IMG/VR virus record: IMGVR_UViG_3300037991_000591
Location: 1 to 55,684 of that record
DNA: 55,684 nt
Strand: one strand, 5' to 3'
From: a virus
Lineage: Duplodnaviria; Caudoviricetes
The notes beneath the pieces were generated by a model, which saw only the letters and a program-made list of their open reading frames with translations, was not told the origin of the DNA and searched no databases. A program made the translations under genes and the position numbers. This document shows positions 29,406 through 40,157 of this stretch, one piece after another. Position 1 is the stretch's first letter. Each line of letters opens with the position of its first letter.

Positions 29406-31784
29406 TTACACCATTGGTGGTGTAGACTCTTGTTCAAAATTTATAGGAAGACCATCGTTTTTCCTTTGTGAAATCATTTCACTTTGTTGTGTTCCCTCCA
29501 TTTTAATTCTTTTATCTTTTCTATCTTCTTTTTCGTTTTCTATTTGACTTCTAGATTGAACTTCTAAGTTTTTAAGCTCCATATCATTTTGATGTTGTTG
29601 CATCATTTTTTGTTGATCTAACTGAGCTTGTAACTGCATACGATCTTTTTCAAATTCACTCTTAGCTTTTTCGTATTCTACATTAGCACCAGATATAGCT
29701 TGTTGTTTTTGTACTTCTGCCATAGCTGTTTTTTCTGCAGTTTCTGCTTGTGCTGCTGCTTGAGCTTTTATATTAGCTTGTTGATTAGCTTGATCTTGTT
29801 TAGCTTTTTGCTTACGTTTTACTTTTAACATTTGATTAGCTAATTTAAGATTTTTAATTTGTCTTAAATCAATAGCATCTTCAACATCAATATTTTTAGC
29901 TTGTAAAGCTATTTGTATATTTGCTTCTAATTGTTGTTTTTCTTCTTCATCTGGTTCTAATTCTAAGAATATACCAAAATCATGTAGATTTAAATTAACA
30001 ATTTCTTGTAATGTTTTAATATTAAAAGTTGATATAGAGTTTTGTAAAGCAGCTTTTGTAAGCGGAAACTCTAAAGCGTCAGCTACTTTTAAGCTAATAT
30101 TTTCTGCTAATTTAAGAGTTAAAAATAAACTAGACTGTACAATATGTCTTGTAGCTACATTAGATGCGTTAGCAGCTAACTTCTGCAACCCTACAAGCGT
30201 GTTGCGATCAGGTAAACTACCATCTCTAGCTTCATTCAATCCTGTCACATCACGTATCATTTGTAAATAGTACTGATATGTACTTATTAACGCTTGTATC
30301 TTAGCTTGACCACTACCTGATTGTAATTCTTGTATTGGTACTTTACCAGGATTCATATCACCTTCTTGTGTAAGAGATCTACCAACAATACTACCAGTTT
30401 GGAAATACATATTTAATGCTTCTGCTGGGTTGTAATTTGTACCGTTACCAAGATCAACCTCAGCAAGCCCATCCATATCTAAATATACACCATCTGGAAC
30501 TACACGTGATATTACTTGTTGTAGTTTTAAATGAGTTAATTGAATCATATCAGCAAATCCAATACACTTACTAACTATAGACTCAATTCTACCTTTATAA
30601 ATTCTAGGCGCGCATATCGCGTAATTCATTTTAACCTTAGTGGTATCAGCTAATGGTCTAGACATGTTTTCAGCTAGTTCCCATTTTAACATTGTATTAG
30701 TTCCTAATACTTTAGCACCACTATATAAAACCTCTATAGATCTTGATACTCTTTCAAAGTTATCATTTTCTGGTGGATTAAATGTATCTGGCTTTTCAAT
30801 AGCCTTCATTAATCCTTGATCTGTTTGCTTTATTTTAAATACTTGGTTGTGATATGTTTTGTAATCAAAATATAAAACTTGTACTGTATTAGCATCATAA
30901 TCACCCCAACCTGTAATATAAGATCTATTACCAGGCATTGCTTGTATTCTTTTTAATTCTTCTTCAGTTATACCTGGAAACTCTTTTTTAAGTTCTGGTA
31001 TTGTAATAGCTTTTAATTCACCAACGTAGTATATATCTTCAAAATTTGGATCCTCTGTATAAGAATAAACCATATAAGCTGGATCTACGTAATCTACAGT
31101 AATACCTTCAGCCGTATTAAAATTAGTTTTAGCAGCTGCAATACCACAAACTGTTAAATCCATATTTAATCTACGCTTAGTTAAATCATATTTATTTTGA
31201 GCAAGTACAGATGATATAGCTTCTTCTTCTGCTATTTCTACACTTTGCTTATATGATAATTGCATATGTAGCTCTAGTTCTTCTGGCGTTTCTGGAACAA
31301 CTGTAGTACTAGGTGTTTGATATAAATCAATACCTAAAGTTTGTTTTAAGTTATCTAGATATTCTTGAGATAACATGTCTTCATAAATTTTTGAAGCGTA
31401 CTCAGTTCTTTTCTTTATAGAGTTAGGATCTTGAGCATAAGCTTTTATATCATAAGTTTTAGAAGATATACCATTTACAACTATATCAACAAATTTAGAT
31501 AATATAGGTACAGGTTTCCAGTCTAAATTTAAATAAGATAAATCACCGTTTATAGCTAATTCATCTTTATACTTTTGTATTGACTGCTCACCTCTAGCAT
31601 ATAATCTTAACTGATGAAAATTATTCCAGTTAGTTAAGTATCTATTACCACTAGTCCTACCTTGTGAAAACCACTCTTGTTCAATAGCTTGAGCAACTTG
31701 CATTCCATACTCTAAACTAGCTTTCTCTGCATCGCTCACTACTTGGCTTGGAAAAGGACTATTAGTATTACTATATATATTCAT
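29406..31784 (-). CDS. Portal protein
   Basis: 792 aa directly after terL; PILSKFVDIVV, DVTGLNEARDG and a Gln-rich C-terminal coiled-coil barrel. Confidence 0.85.
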   Translation of the reverse strand: MNIYSNTNSPFPSQVVSDAEKASLEYGMQVAQAIEQEWFSQGRTSGNRYLTNWNNFHQLRLYARGEQSIQKYKDELAINGDLSYLNLDWKPVPILSKFVDIVVNGISSKTYDIKAYAQDPNSIKKRTEYASKIYEDMLSQEYLDNLKQTLGIDLYQTPSTTVVPETPEELELHMQLSYKQSVEIAEEEAISSVLAQNKYDLTKRRLNMDLTVCGIAAAKTNFNTAEGITVDYVDPAYMVYSYTEDPNFEDIYYVGELKAITIPELKKEFPGITEEELKRIQAMPGNRSYITGWGDYDANTVQVLYFDYKTYHNQVFKIKQTDQGLMKAIEKPDTFNPPENDNFERVSRSIEVLYSGAKVLGTNTMLKWELAENMSRPLADTTKVKMNYAICAPRIYKGRIESIVSKCIGFADMIQLTHLKLQQVISRVVPDGVYLDMDGLAEVDLGNGTNYNPAEALNMYFQTGSIVGRSLTQEGDMNPGKVPIQELQSGSGQAKIQALISTYQYYLQMIRDVTGLNEARDGSLPDRNTLVGLQKLAANASNVATRHIVQSSLFLTLKLAENISLKVADALEFPLTKAALQNSISTFNIKTLQEIVNLNLHDFGIFLELEPDEEEKQQLEANIQIALQAKNIDVEDAIDLRQIKNLKLANQMLKVKRKQKAKQDQANQQANIKAQAAAQAETAEKTAMAEVQKQQAISGANVEYEKAKSEFEKDRMQLQAQLDQQKMMQQHQNDMELKNLEVQSRSQIENEKEDRKDKRIKMEGTQQSEMISQRKNDGLPINFEQESTPPMV

Positions 31785-34007
31785 TTAACTTATAATTTTT
31801 GATGTCGTTCCTTTGTTGTTGTATCTTTTTATACCTAAATCAACAGGTTTTATTATTCGTTTAACGTTTGGCGCGTATCTATGTTTATTGCAAGCCATTA
31901 AAGCTAAACCTGAACTAATAGAAGCATCATGTGTTGTTCTGTTGTTTATATTAAATTTTGCCCAGTCTTCTAGTGTTCGTTGAAAATACATATCACCATA
32001 TCCAGTTTCTTTTAAACCAACATAATGTTCTATATATGTTTCAATAGCAGCTGCGTGAGCTTGTTTTATATCTTCACTAGAATTAGGTATTCCACCTATT
32101 TCTCTTTCTGTTACAGATAATTTATTTCTTTTTTTATCAGGTCTATTCATTGCGTAACCTCTATAGCCTCTACGTTTAAAATAGTAAAGTAATCTAGGTT
32201 TGTTATTCTCTGCAAGTATTGGCATACCATAAAATACGCAAGCCATAAGTACATCTTCAAAAAATATCTCCGCTGTTTGTGGTCTAGCTATATATTCTAA
32301 AAAGAAATGATTAGGTGGAGCATTTTCCATACTAAACTTAGTTAAACCATGTAAAGATCCGTTTGATCCTCTTTTGTCTACAGTTCCTGATATGTCGTAA
32401 GGGTCACAACCAAAAGCTCCCATATGTTCATTACCTGGGTAATTTACTCCATTTTTAATATATCTTCTATTTTGAACTTGAATATCAGGTATCCAAGTAA
32501 TTAAAAATCTACCTTGTCTATTTGGAATAAATATTACTTTAGTGTCTTGTTCTCCGTTTTCCCACTGAAAACTACCTTTTGTAACACCTATACTATTTTT
32601 TAAATCTTCATTAAAATCTATTTGTTCATAAATTTTACCTAGATTAAATAAAGATTGTTTTGACTCATCTCTAAAAGCATGTTTAGTTGTACGCGGAAAC
32701 TGTCTATAAAATTCATTTAAACCATCTTGGTCATCTTTCAAACCTTCAACTTCATTGTTCCAATACTCTATAACACCTAATTTTATTTTTCCTCCATCAG
32801 GTCCTGTAACGGATTTTTTTGGCGTATTGAATACAGGTAAGCCATAAGAATCAATGTATCCTTCGTAGTTCCATTCCATAGGTATGAACAAACTATATAA
32901 TCCTGAGCGAGTCTGTCCATTGCTGTTTCTCTTAGTGACGTCTGAGTCATCATATAATTTTTTAAAATTTCTACCTCCTTTATCTAATGCATTCGATGTT
33001 GATCCCATCATGCATTTACCAATAACTCTACTACCTAACCTGAGGGTGGTTTTCGTAACCCTCCAGTTGTTGAGGATGTTGTTCGGCTTCTCCCACTTGC
33101 CCGATTCATCATGTACGAGGAGTTTGAGTTTCTCCCCATCATAGGAGTTGTCACCGGTGTTCTTCCAATCGATGGTGGTGTCAAGTCCCTGTAATTCATC
33201 CGCGGCGGTTTCGTCGGCGGCGGAGGCGGTGAGCTTACGACGGGTGAACTTACTTGCGGGGACACGGTAGGCAAGTTCGGTCTTTGGACGGTCCATTCCG
33301 TCCTGGGTCGGTTTGAAAAAGAAGGGATAGTTAACTGATATGGGTACCACCTTATCGGTAAACATCTTCTTGGCATCAGGCCCAGACTTTGATAAAATGC
33401 CATATCGTGAGTCACTGGATATAGTTGCCAGGTTAACCACCTCTCCCGATGCCATGAATGAAAACCCAGAACGCCTGTTCTTAAGGTAACACATTCCATA
33501 GGATCGTATATCTGCTTTACAAGCTTCCCAGAAAATGAAGAATAATCTATTTGACTCCCGAAAGTCTGGTGCCCCGACATCAATTTTAGACCACTGCAAG
33601 TACATGTAGTGAGTACCAGTAAGGTAAGTAGCAACGTTTTTGTTATAAAACCAAAAACCTTCCTCCCTACGGGTAAACTCATTATCGATGTAGTCATACC
33701 ATTTTTCTTTAAAGTCTTGTGGATATTGCTTCCAATCAAAAACTGTTTTTATTTTACTTAGTGATTTAGGATACTCAGTCTTACTCCATTTGTTGTTTTC
33801 AAACTTATGAACATTCTTAGCTTTTGGTAAAGCTATTTTAAGATTTTGTATTTCATATATTTCACCTATAGTTCCATCTTTACTAATGACAACCATATCA
33901 TGCTGTTCATTGTAACCATACTCCCATTTTTTTAATCTATTATATTTCTTAATAGTTTTAGGAGTTATATAATCATCTAATATTGTATATAAATTTTGCT
34001 CGTACAT
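31785..34007 (-). CDS. terL: Terminase large subunit
   Basis: KNRRSGFS (Walker A-like), LLVHDESGK (Walker B), GST, nuclease motif GCDP, ENN and HDASIS. Confidence 0.9.
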   Translation of the reverse strand: MYEQNLYTILDDYITPKTIKKYNRLKKWEYGYNEQHDMVVISKDGTIGEIYEIQNLKIALPKAKNVHKFENNKWSKTEYPKSLSKIKTVFDWKQYPQDFKEKWYDYIDNEFTRREEGFWFYNKNVATYLTGTHYMYLQWSKIDVGAPDFRESNRLFFIFWEACKADIRSYGMCYLKNRRSGFSFMASGEVVNLATISSDSRYGILSKSGPDAKKMFTDKVVPISVNYPFFFKPTQDGMDRPKTELAYRVPASKFTRRKLTASAADETAADELQGLDTTIDWKNTGDNSYDGEKLKLLVHDESGKWEKPNNILNNWRVTKTTLRLGSRVIGKCMMGSTSNALDKGGRNFKKLYDDSDVTKRNSNGQTRSGLYSLFIPMEWNYEGYIDSYGLPVFNTPKKSVTGPDGGKIKLGVIEYWNNEVEGLKDDQDGLNEFYRQFPRTTKHAFRDESKQSLFNLGKIYEQIDFNEDLKNSIGVTKGSFQWENGEQDTKVIFIPNRQGRFLITWIPDIQVQNRRYIKNGVNYPGNEHMGAFGCDPYDISGTVDKRGSNGSLHGLTKFSMENAPPNHFFLEYIARPQTAEIFFEDVLMACVFYGMPILAENNKPRLLYYFKRRGYRGYAMNRPDKKRNKLSVTEREIGGIPNSSEDIKQAHAAAIETYIEHYVGLKETGYGDMYFQRTLEDWAKFNINNRTTHDASISSGLALMACNKHRYAPNVKRIIKPVDLGIKRYNNKGTTSKIIS

Positions 34008-34282
34008 TACCTAGATCTTCCTTCAGCAAAACCTTTAAAATTAGTTTGCTTTTTATTTTCTTTAGGTTTATCCTCTAACATATTCTTTTCTTCTTCAATA
34101 CGATTAAGTATTTCAAACGCATCAAATATGGCTAGCTTTTTTGTAGCAGCAGCGTTTTTTAATCTGTCTGCAGATATATCATCATCTGAATCTACAATAG
34201 GTTCTTTAGCAACCTTAATTAATTCCTTGACCGCTACTTGCCCAGCTTGGATTATATTTTTCTTCGTCTCCTTGGTGTTCAT
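34007..34282 (-). CDS. Putative terminase small subunit
   Basis: 91-aa helical protein TAATG-coupled to terL; ends GFAEGRSR. Confidence 0.55.
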   Translation of the reverse strand: MNTKETKKNIIQAGQVAVKELIKVAKEPIVDSDDDISADRLKNAAATKKLAIFDAFEILNRIEEEKNMLEDKPKENKKQTNFKGFAEGRSR

Positions 34283-34832
34283 ATTTAATTACAATATCAT
34301 TAGATTTCATACAGTATAATCGCTCTTTATCTACTAAAAACTCCCATTCACCGTTAGGTGTATACCCAACTACATCTCCCTGGTGTATTTCTAGCGCTTC
34401 TAATGAACTATTACCATATTTTAATATACCTTTAAGCTTTTGTTCTTTATCAACTGTTAGAGAACTTTTGTCTTTTATAGGTTGAATAAAACAACGGTCA
34501 CCAAAACTATGCCAACCATCACTATTATTATATAAATAGATTTGATCTAAACTAACAAAATATAAACCTTTTTTAAAAAAAGATCTACTTTGTTTCTTTT
34601 CACCTCTCATATCATAAAACGTTCTAAAAACATTTTGATGTATAACTAGTGTGTCACCTTTTTTTATATTAGTTTTAAAAGCAACTGGTGTTTCAACTAC
34701 TTCTGCTAATCTATTTACAAACTTCCAAGATTCAATCTTAGTATTAACTACAAGTTTTTTACCATCAACTTGTATTTCATTATTGTATCTATCACCAATT
34801 GGCTTTACAATAAAGTCATATAAGCTTCTCAT
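34215..34832 (-). CDS. GroES-like protein with two apparent tandem GroES folds
   Basis: Repeat 1: DFIVKP...AEVV...IKKGDTLV. Repeat 2: FGDRCFIQP...GILKYG...IHQGDVVGY...MKSNDIV. Confidence 0.6.
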   Translation of the reverse strand: MRSLYDFIVKPIGDRYNNEIQVDGKKLVVNTKIESWKFVNRLAEVVETPVAFKTNIKKGDTLVIHQNVFRTFYDMRGEKKQSRSFFKKGLYFVSLDQIYLYNNSDGWHSFGDRCFIQPIKDKSSLTVDKEQKLKGILKYGNSSLEALEIHQGDVVGYTPNGEWEFLVDKERLYCMKSNDIVIKYEHQGDEEKYNPSWASSGQGIN

Positions 34833-35059
34833 TAATACTCTAAATCGTACTCAACAGATATTGACATGTTAGAATTAAATTTCTTCCATGGTAATACCTC
34901 ATCGTTTTTTCTTATATAAATATTATAAGAACTGTCAGAAGTTTCAAACAGTATATGCGATATTTCATGACCGCCATACACTTGCTGACCAACAGCGTAA
35001 TGCATGGCGTCATTTTTATAATCAGATCCAATACTGATCTTTCTTATATTACTATGCAT
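34832..35059 (-). CDS. Hypothetical protein
   Basis: Start at ATG 35059 (MHSNIRKISIG...), coupled to neighbours. Confidence 0.65.
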   Translation of the reverse strand: MHSNIRKISIGSDYKNDAMHYAVGQQVYGGHEISHILFETSDSSYNIYIRKNDEVLPWKKFNSNMSISVEYDLEY

Positions 35060-35294
35060 CTTCCTGCTCGTCCTTAATAGGCTCGTATGTTCCGTCAGAC
35101 AAATTAATGCTAACTTTACCATACTCTTCTTCGAGTTCTTTCTTAGTCTTTTCTATTTCACCTTCCAAGTTTTTTACTTCTTGAGCTAAATTAAGTTTTT
35201 GGATTTCTAATACACCCATTTGACTTAATACGGTTGTTAATTTTTGTTGTTGCTCAGTTACTACTTTTAACTGTTCTTCTTTAATTTTTGCCAT
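35052..35294 (-). CDS. Coiled-coil hypothetical protein
   Basis: 80 aa with heptads. Confidence 0.65.
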   Translation of the reverse strand: MAKIKEEQLKVVTEQQQKLTTVLSQMGVLEIQKLNLAQEVKNLEGEIEKTKKELEEEYGKVSINLSDGTYEPIKDEQEDA

Positions 35295-35332
35295 TTGAAA
35301 TTTAATTTAATTTGTTAATATATTTCTATTTA

Positions 35333-35360
35333 AATAGTTACACTTATTATTATATTTTTA
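35333..35360 (-). promoter_or_regulatory. Putative late promoter
   Basis: TAAAAA-N13-GTAACTATT upstream of the terminase/portal/capsid operon. Confidence 0.5.
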
Positions 35361-35362
35361 CA

Positions 35363-37882
35363 CTATTTACTTTTTAGCTCTTCTATCTCTGCTTTTAATT
35401 CTTGTATTGATTTTACTAACAATGGTACTATTTTAGAGTAATCTACACCCTGCATTTCTTCTGCATCTTTTTCTCCTGTTACTGCTTGTGGTAAAACCTC
35501 TTGCAGTTCGTGTGCCATAACTCCATAACTTCTACTTTCATCTACTTTCCATTTAAAGTCATAAATAGGTATTTTAGAAACCATATCTAATCCTGTAAAG
35601 TCTTGTAAATCTTCTTTTAATCTATAATCAGAAGATGTAGCATATACTGTAGATGAACCAGATACATTTATATTACCTGCTGTAGAATTTGAATTATAAA
35701 ATCTAACCACACTTCCATCTTCTAACCTCCTTAGTATTAAAGCTGTACTTGTGCTAGTAGGAACACTAATACCCATATAGCTGGTTGGTTGTATAAAAAC
35801 ACCTGATTCAGAGCCAGTTCCAAAACTAAACGGTCCATCAGTTCCAATTCCTACAACTCCCGATGATGTTATACGCATTCTTTCTACGTCGTTAGTATCA
35901 AACGACATACTATTACCATTATGTCTATATATTATTTGACCTACATTGTTATCCGCTGGATCAGCAAAATTAATTGTACTATTACCATTAGTCTCAGATA
36001 ATAAATTTAACGTGGCATTTGCTGTACTTGCAGTTATTTCTCCAGTTACTTTAACATCATTTGCAAAAGTTGCAAGTCCAGTACCTCTGTCTATTGTTAA
36101 TCTTGTTGTGTCCACATCTGTCCCAACTCCAATTCTAAAATTATTAGCAGAACCATCATATCTTATAGATGCACCATTAGCAGGACTTCCAGTAGTACCC
36201 TCGTGTAATAAAATTTTTGAAGTATTACCCGCTGAATTAGTATTCATATTTAATGTAGGCCCAGCGTTTTTTGACATAATCACGTCTCCTGCAAAAGTTG
36301 CCTCAGTGCTAGTAAATGTTGCAATGTGTGAATCACCACTGCTTAACATTTTTAACTGACCACTTCCCTCGTGTTGTAATCTAGCAACACCACTAATATT
36401 ACCAAGCGCTACATTACCACCATCTGCTTTAACAACACCAGTAAAAGTTGCACTACCATCTACTTGACTAAATGTTTGAAAAACTGTTCCATTAAAATTT
36501 CTAAAATATATATTACTACCTGTTCCACTATTTGTTGGAGCCTGCAAATAAGTTCCTAAACTTGTAGCAGAATAAAGTGTATTTGTATCACTTGCGCCTT
36601 TTATCCAACCACTAACTTGTATGTTTCCTGCAAAAGTTGCGTTTTGTGATGAATCTAGTGTTAAGCCTACATTATTCGCCGTATATAATCTTATTTGATT
36701 AGTAGTAAATCTTATTGATGTATCTAAATCACCCTCATGTTTTATATATTCTGGAACAATTATTGAGCCTGCAAAAGTTGCGTTTTGGGAGTCATCTAAA
36801 GTTAAAGCTAAAGTATCAACTGTATAAAATCTCATTAAGGAGCCTAAAGAGACTGCTTTAATATCTACATTGTCTCTATCGCTTGAGTTTAATTGTATTT
36901 TAGCTCTTACAGTGTTTGCATCTGTTAAATATAAATTATCTTCAACTCTAACATCTCCCGCAAAAGTTGATGTTCCAGTCGAGTTAACACCACCTAATAA
37001 ATAAACATCTCTCCATTTATTATTTACACTACCTAAATCATTTGCTCCATTAGCATCACTACCATTTGAATATGTACCTACAAAAGCAACGCTATCTTGT
37101 TTAAACCCTCTACCACCATCACTTGTAAAAAAAGGTGATTTAGTACCTCCACCAGACACTTCTAATTTAAAACCAGGAGTATTAGTTCCAATACCTACAT
37201 CACCATTTGGTGATATCCTTGCTACTTCTGTGCCAGCTTGTTCAAATCTGTGAGAATAGCCGGAAGCGGCAACAAAATTGAAGTTACCTTCCATGTTAAT
37301 ATTAGAAGTATCGGTATTAACAGTTCTTTGTATTCCTATAACACCTTTAACGTCTAATTTGTTTGCTGGTGAAGAAGTCCCAATACCTACATTACCCGCA
37401 CTAGAAGATGTTAAATATACATTAGCACCACTAGATCCAAGTTGTGATATACCTGTTGCAACAAGTGTTCCTTGAGCTGTTACACCACCTACTACGTCTA
37501 ATTTAGAAACTGGAGCGTTAGTTCCGATTCCAACATTACCAACACTATTAACACGTAGTACTTCATTATTACTTGTTGTTAATATAAAAGTATCATTGCT
37601 GTAAAAACCAAAATAAGAGTTAGTGTCTCCAGCATGCCTTATATATTGTGGCATTATAATATCATTTGGTAAAGCGCTATTGATTTCCAATATACTATCT
37701 CCTAAATTTGATCCACTTGTCCATTTAGGTATATAACCAGTAGTTCCACTTCCTGTTGCAAAAGTAGATAATAAGTTTGTTGGAGATATTTGTACGTTTT
37801 CAGAACCTGTATATCCTACTAAAAAATCTACTGTTCCTAGCGTTGTTTTTTCTGTAAATTGTGAAAACTTTATATTTGCCAT
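35363..37882 (-). CDS. Fibre/spike protein with C-terminal intramolecular chaperone (peptidase S74)
   Basis: GNVGIGT and ATFAG repeats; SSDYRLKE...GVMAHELQEV...VDYSKIVPLLVKSIQEL. Confidence 0.85.
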   Translation of the reverse strand: MANIKFSQFTEKTTLGTVDFLVGYTGSENVQISPTNLLSTFATGSGTTGYIPKWTSGSNLGDSILEINSALPNDIIMPQYIRHAGDTNSYFGFYSNDTFILTTSNNEVLRVNSVGNVGIGTNAPVSKLDVVGGVTAQGTLVATGISQLGSSGANVYLTSSSAGNVGIGTSSPANKLDVKGVIGIQRTVNTDTSNINMEGNFNFVAASGYSHRFEQAGTEVARISPNGDVGIGTNTPGFKLEVSGGGTKSPFFTSDGGRGFKQDSVAFVGTYSNGSDANGANDLGSVNNKWRDVYLLGGVNSTGTSTFAGDVRVEDNLYLTDANTVRAKIQLNSSDRDNVDIKAVSLGSLMRFYTVDTLALTLDDSQNATFAGSIIVPEYIKHEGDLDTSIRFTTNQIRLYTANNVGLTLDSSQNATFAGNIQVSGWIKGASDTNTLYSATSLGTYLQAPTNSGTGSNIYFRNFNGTVFQTFSQVDGSATFTGVVKADGGNVALGNISGVARLQHEGSGQLKMLSSGDSHIATFTSTEATFAGDVIMSKNAGPTLNMNTNSAGNTSKILLHEGTTGSPANGASIRYDGSANNFRIGVGTDVDTTRLTIDRGTGLATFANDVKVTGEITASTANATLNLLSETNGNSTINFADPADNNVGQIIYRHNGNSMSFDTNDVERMRITSSGVVGIGTDGPFSFGTGSESGVFIQPTSYMGISVPTSTSTALILRRLEDGSVVRFYNSNSTAGNINVSGSSTVYATSSDYRLKEDLQDFTGLDMVSKIPIYDFKWKVDESRSYGVMAHELQEVLPQAVTGEKDAEEMQGVDYSKIVPLLVKSIQELKAEIEELKSK

Positions 37883-37885
37883 TTC

Positions 37886-39988
37886 TTAGTGTACTATTTT
37901 TAATAAATCTCCTGTTCTATAAACATCTCCTGTTGTTAATCCTCCTGCAAGAGCCGCTGTATTGTCTGCATATTCTGATACGCCTGTAATTTTAATACCT
38001 GTACTTGTAGTTTCAAATTTTTTAACACCACCTGTATAATATAATTCTGCTGCACCATTATTACCAAAAAATATTTTATTACCTGATGCTGTACTAATAT
38101 TTGGACTATCAGCCCATATTCTTAAATCTCCTGTACCACCATCTTTTATATAGGAATTACTACCATCGTGATAAATTTGTAAATCCTCGCTTGTACCAAA
38201 AGTTGAAACTACATTATCGTTATGTCTTGTACTTCTTGAAAATACAGCTCTATCTGCACTACCATCAATAGTTATATAGTTATATATTGTACCATTATTT
38301 GTAGCTTGAATATATGTTTTGTCATTATTACCCTCGTTTCTTAAATATATGTCGCTAGTTGTAGATGTAATATAACTACTATTATTACCATCGTGATAGA
38401 TTTGTAAATCTAAAGAATCTCCAAAAAGCACTTTTACATTATCCGTATGTACTGAATCTTTACTAAATTTTACTCTATGATTTGTGCCATCAACTATAAA
38501 ATATTCAGTAGTTCCACCAGACCCATTATCTGATAAAAACTTTATATCTCCGTCATCTTGAAAATTAGTTACAATTAAATCACCCGTAAGATTATCTATA
38601 ACACTATTTGTTCCACCGTGATATATTTGTAAATCACTAGAAGCACCAAACTTAGCTTTTATATTATCTGAAAACTGAATATCTTTATCAGCCCACATTT
38701 GGGTCAAACTACCATCTAATGTAAAATATGTAGCTAATCCTCCAGAACCATCATCATTTTCAAAAATAATATCTGAATTATTAGATTTTTGACTAATGTA
38801 AAAATTACCGGTTTCATTAGCTATAACAGATTCCACACCATTATGATATATTTCTAAATCTCCACCATCTCCAAATTTTGCTTTTACATTATCAAAATGC
38901 AATGTTGATTTTAAAAATCTAGTTTCAACCTCCCCACCATCTACTCTAAAATATTGTGCTATTCCACCACTACCATCATCTGATCTAAATATAATATCTC
39001 CATCATTTGTATATTGCGATACATATAAATCTCCTGTATTATTGTCAATATTAGCATTATCTGTACTATTGTTGTGATATATTTCTAAATCTCCAGAATT
39101 TCCTAATTGCAGTTTTTTAGCATCATATATTCTTAAATTAACTTTAGCATTTAAACGAACATTGCCACCATCTAGACTAAAATATTCAGCAACACCGCCA
39201 TTTCCATTATCACATCTAAATATAATATCTCCACTATTTTGTTGGTTTCTTATATTTAAATTACCATTAATATTATCTATCCAAGTATCATCTACACCAT
39301 TGTGAAATATTTCTAAATCATAAGAACTACCTACGTATATTTTAGATTTATCTGGGAATACAGTTGCGCCTAATATATTACTACCATCTACTTTACCACC
39401 ATCTAAATAAAAGTAAGTTTGTACACCACCACTACCGTCATCAGCTCTAAATAAAATATCTTTATCTGCAGTTATACTTTCTATATACAAATCGTTGTTA
39501 TAGCTTCTCATATAACTTTTGTTTGTATTAGGATCATGCCACAACCTTAAATCTAAACCATCACCAAAAGTAATTACTCCTCCATCAGGTCTTGTTGTAT
39601 ATGTATAAGAGCCACTAGCTCTAGAACCATCTAATTTAAAATATTCACTAACCCCACCATTACCATCATCTGAATAGAATATTATATCACCATCCAATGC
39701 GCTATTTTTAATATTTAAATTACCTGTAGCGTTTATAATTTCTGTATTTGAACTATCGTGTTGTATATATGCGTCTAATCCAGTACCAAATCTTGCTTTG
39801 ACATTATCATTAAATTTAACATCACCAGTCATTGTACCACCAGCGAGTGGTAAGTAATTACCAAGTGCGCTAGCAAGTAAATTAGTTGGGGATATTTGAA
39901 TATTACTAGCTCCCTTGTAGCCTACTACAAAGTCTATATCTCCTTCGGTATTACCGACTGTAAAATCTGAGAATTTTATATTTGCCAT
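37886..39988 (-). CDS. Repetitive fibre protein
   Basis: About 8 repeats of FG-x3-DL(E/Q)IYH...DIIFRSDDGSGG...YF.LDG; N-terminus shared with the neighbouring fibre. Confidence 0.75.
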   Translation of the reverse strand: MANIKFSDFTVGNTEGDIDFVVGYKGASNIQISPTNLLASALGNYLPLAGGTMTGDVKFNDNVKARFGTGLDAYIQHDSSNTEIINATGNLNIKNSALDGDIIFYSDDGNGGVSEYFKLDGSRASGSYTYTTRPDGGVITFGDGLDLRLWHDPNTNKSYMRSYNNDLYIESITADKDILFRADDGSGGVQTYFYLDGGKVDGSNILGATVFPDKSKIYVGSSYDLEIFHNGVDDTWIDNINGNLNIRNQQNSGDIIFRCDNGNGGVAEYFSLDGGNVRLNAKVNLRIYDAKKLQLGNSGDLEIYHNNSTDNANIDNNTGDLYVSQYTNDGDIIFRSDDGSGGIAQYFRVDGGEVETRFLKSTLHFDNVKAKFGDGGDLEIYHNGVESVIANETGNFYISQKSNNSDIIFENDDGSGGLATYFTLDGSLTQMWADKDIQFSDNIKAKFGASSDLQIYHGGTNSVIDNLTGDLIVTNFQDDGDIKFLSDNGSGGTTEYFIVDGTNHRVKFSKDSVHTDNVKVLFGDSLDLQIYHDGNNSSYITSTTSDIYLRNEGNNDKTYIQATNNGTIYNYITIDGSADRAVFSRSTRHNDNVVSTFGTSEDLQIYHDGSNSYIKDGGTGDLRIWADSPNISTASGNKIFFGNNGAAELYYTGGVKKFETTSTGIKITGVSEYADNTAALAGGLTTGDVYRTGDLLKIVH

Positions 39989-39991
39989 GGA

Positions 39992-40156
39992 TTATGGATT
40001 TTTGATCATGAATTTAAGTGAAGGACTTGTGTTTTCTCCTATAAGAAAGTCTATTCCGTTTTCACCTAGAATAAAGTCAACACTAGGTGAACTACCAGAA
40101 CCTGGATCAATAGGAAGAGCTCCTACCGCTATTGCGTTCTCTAATATAGTAGACAT
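39992..40156 (-). CDS. Small structural protein (54 aa)
   Basis: Hand-translated MSTILENAIAVG...DFILGENGIDFLIGEN...; fills the gap between fibre and spike-base genes. Confidence 0.6.
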   Translation of the reverse strand: MSTILENAIAVGALPIDPGSGSSPSVDFILGENGIDFLIGENTSPSLKFMIKNP

Positions 40157-40157
40157 G

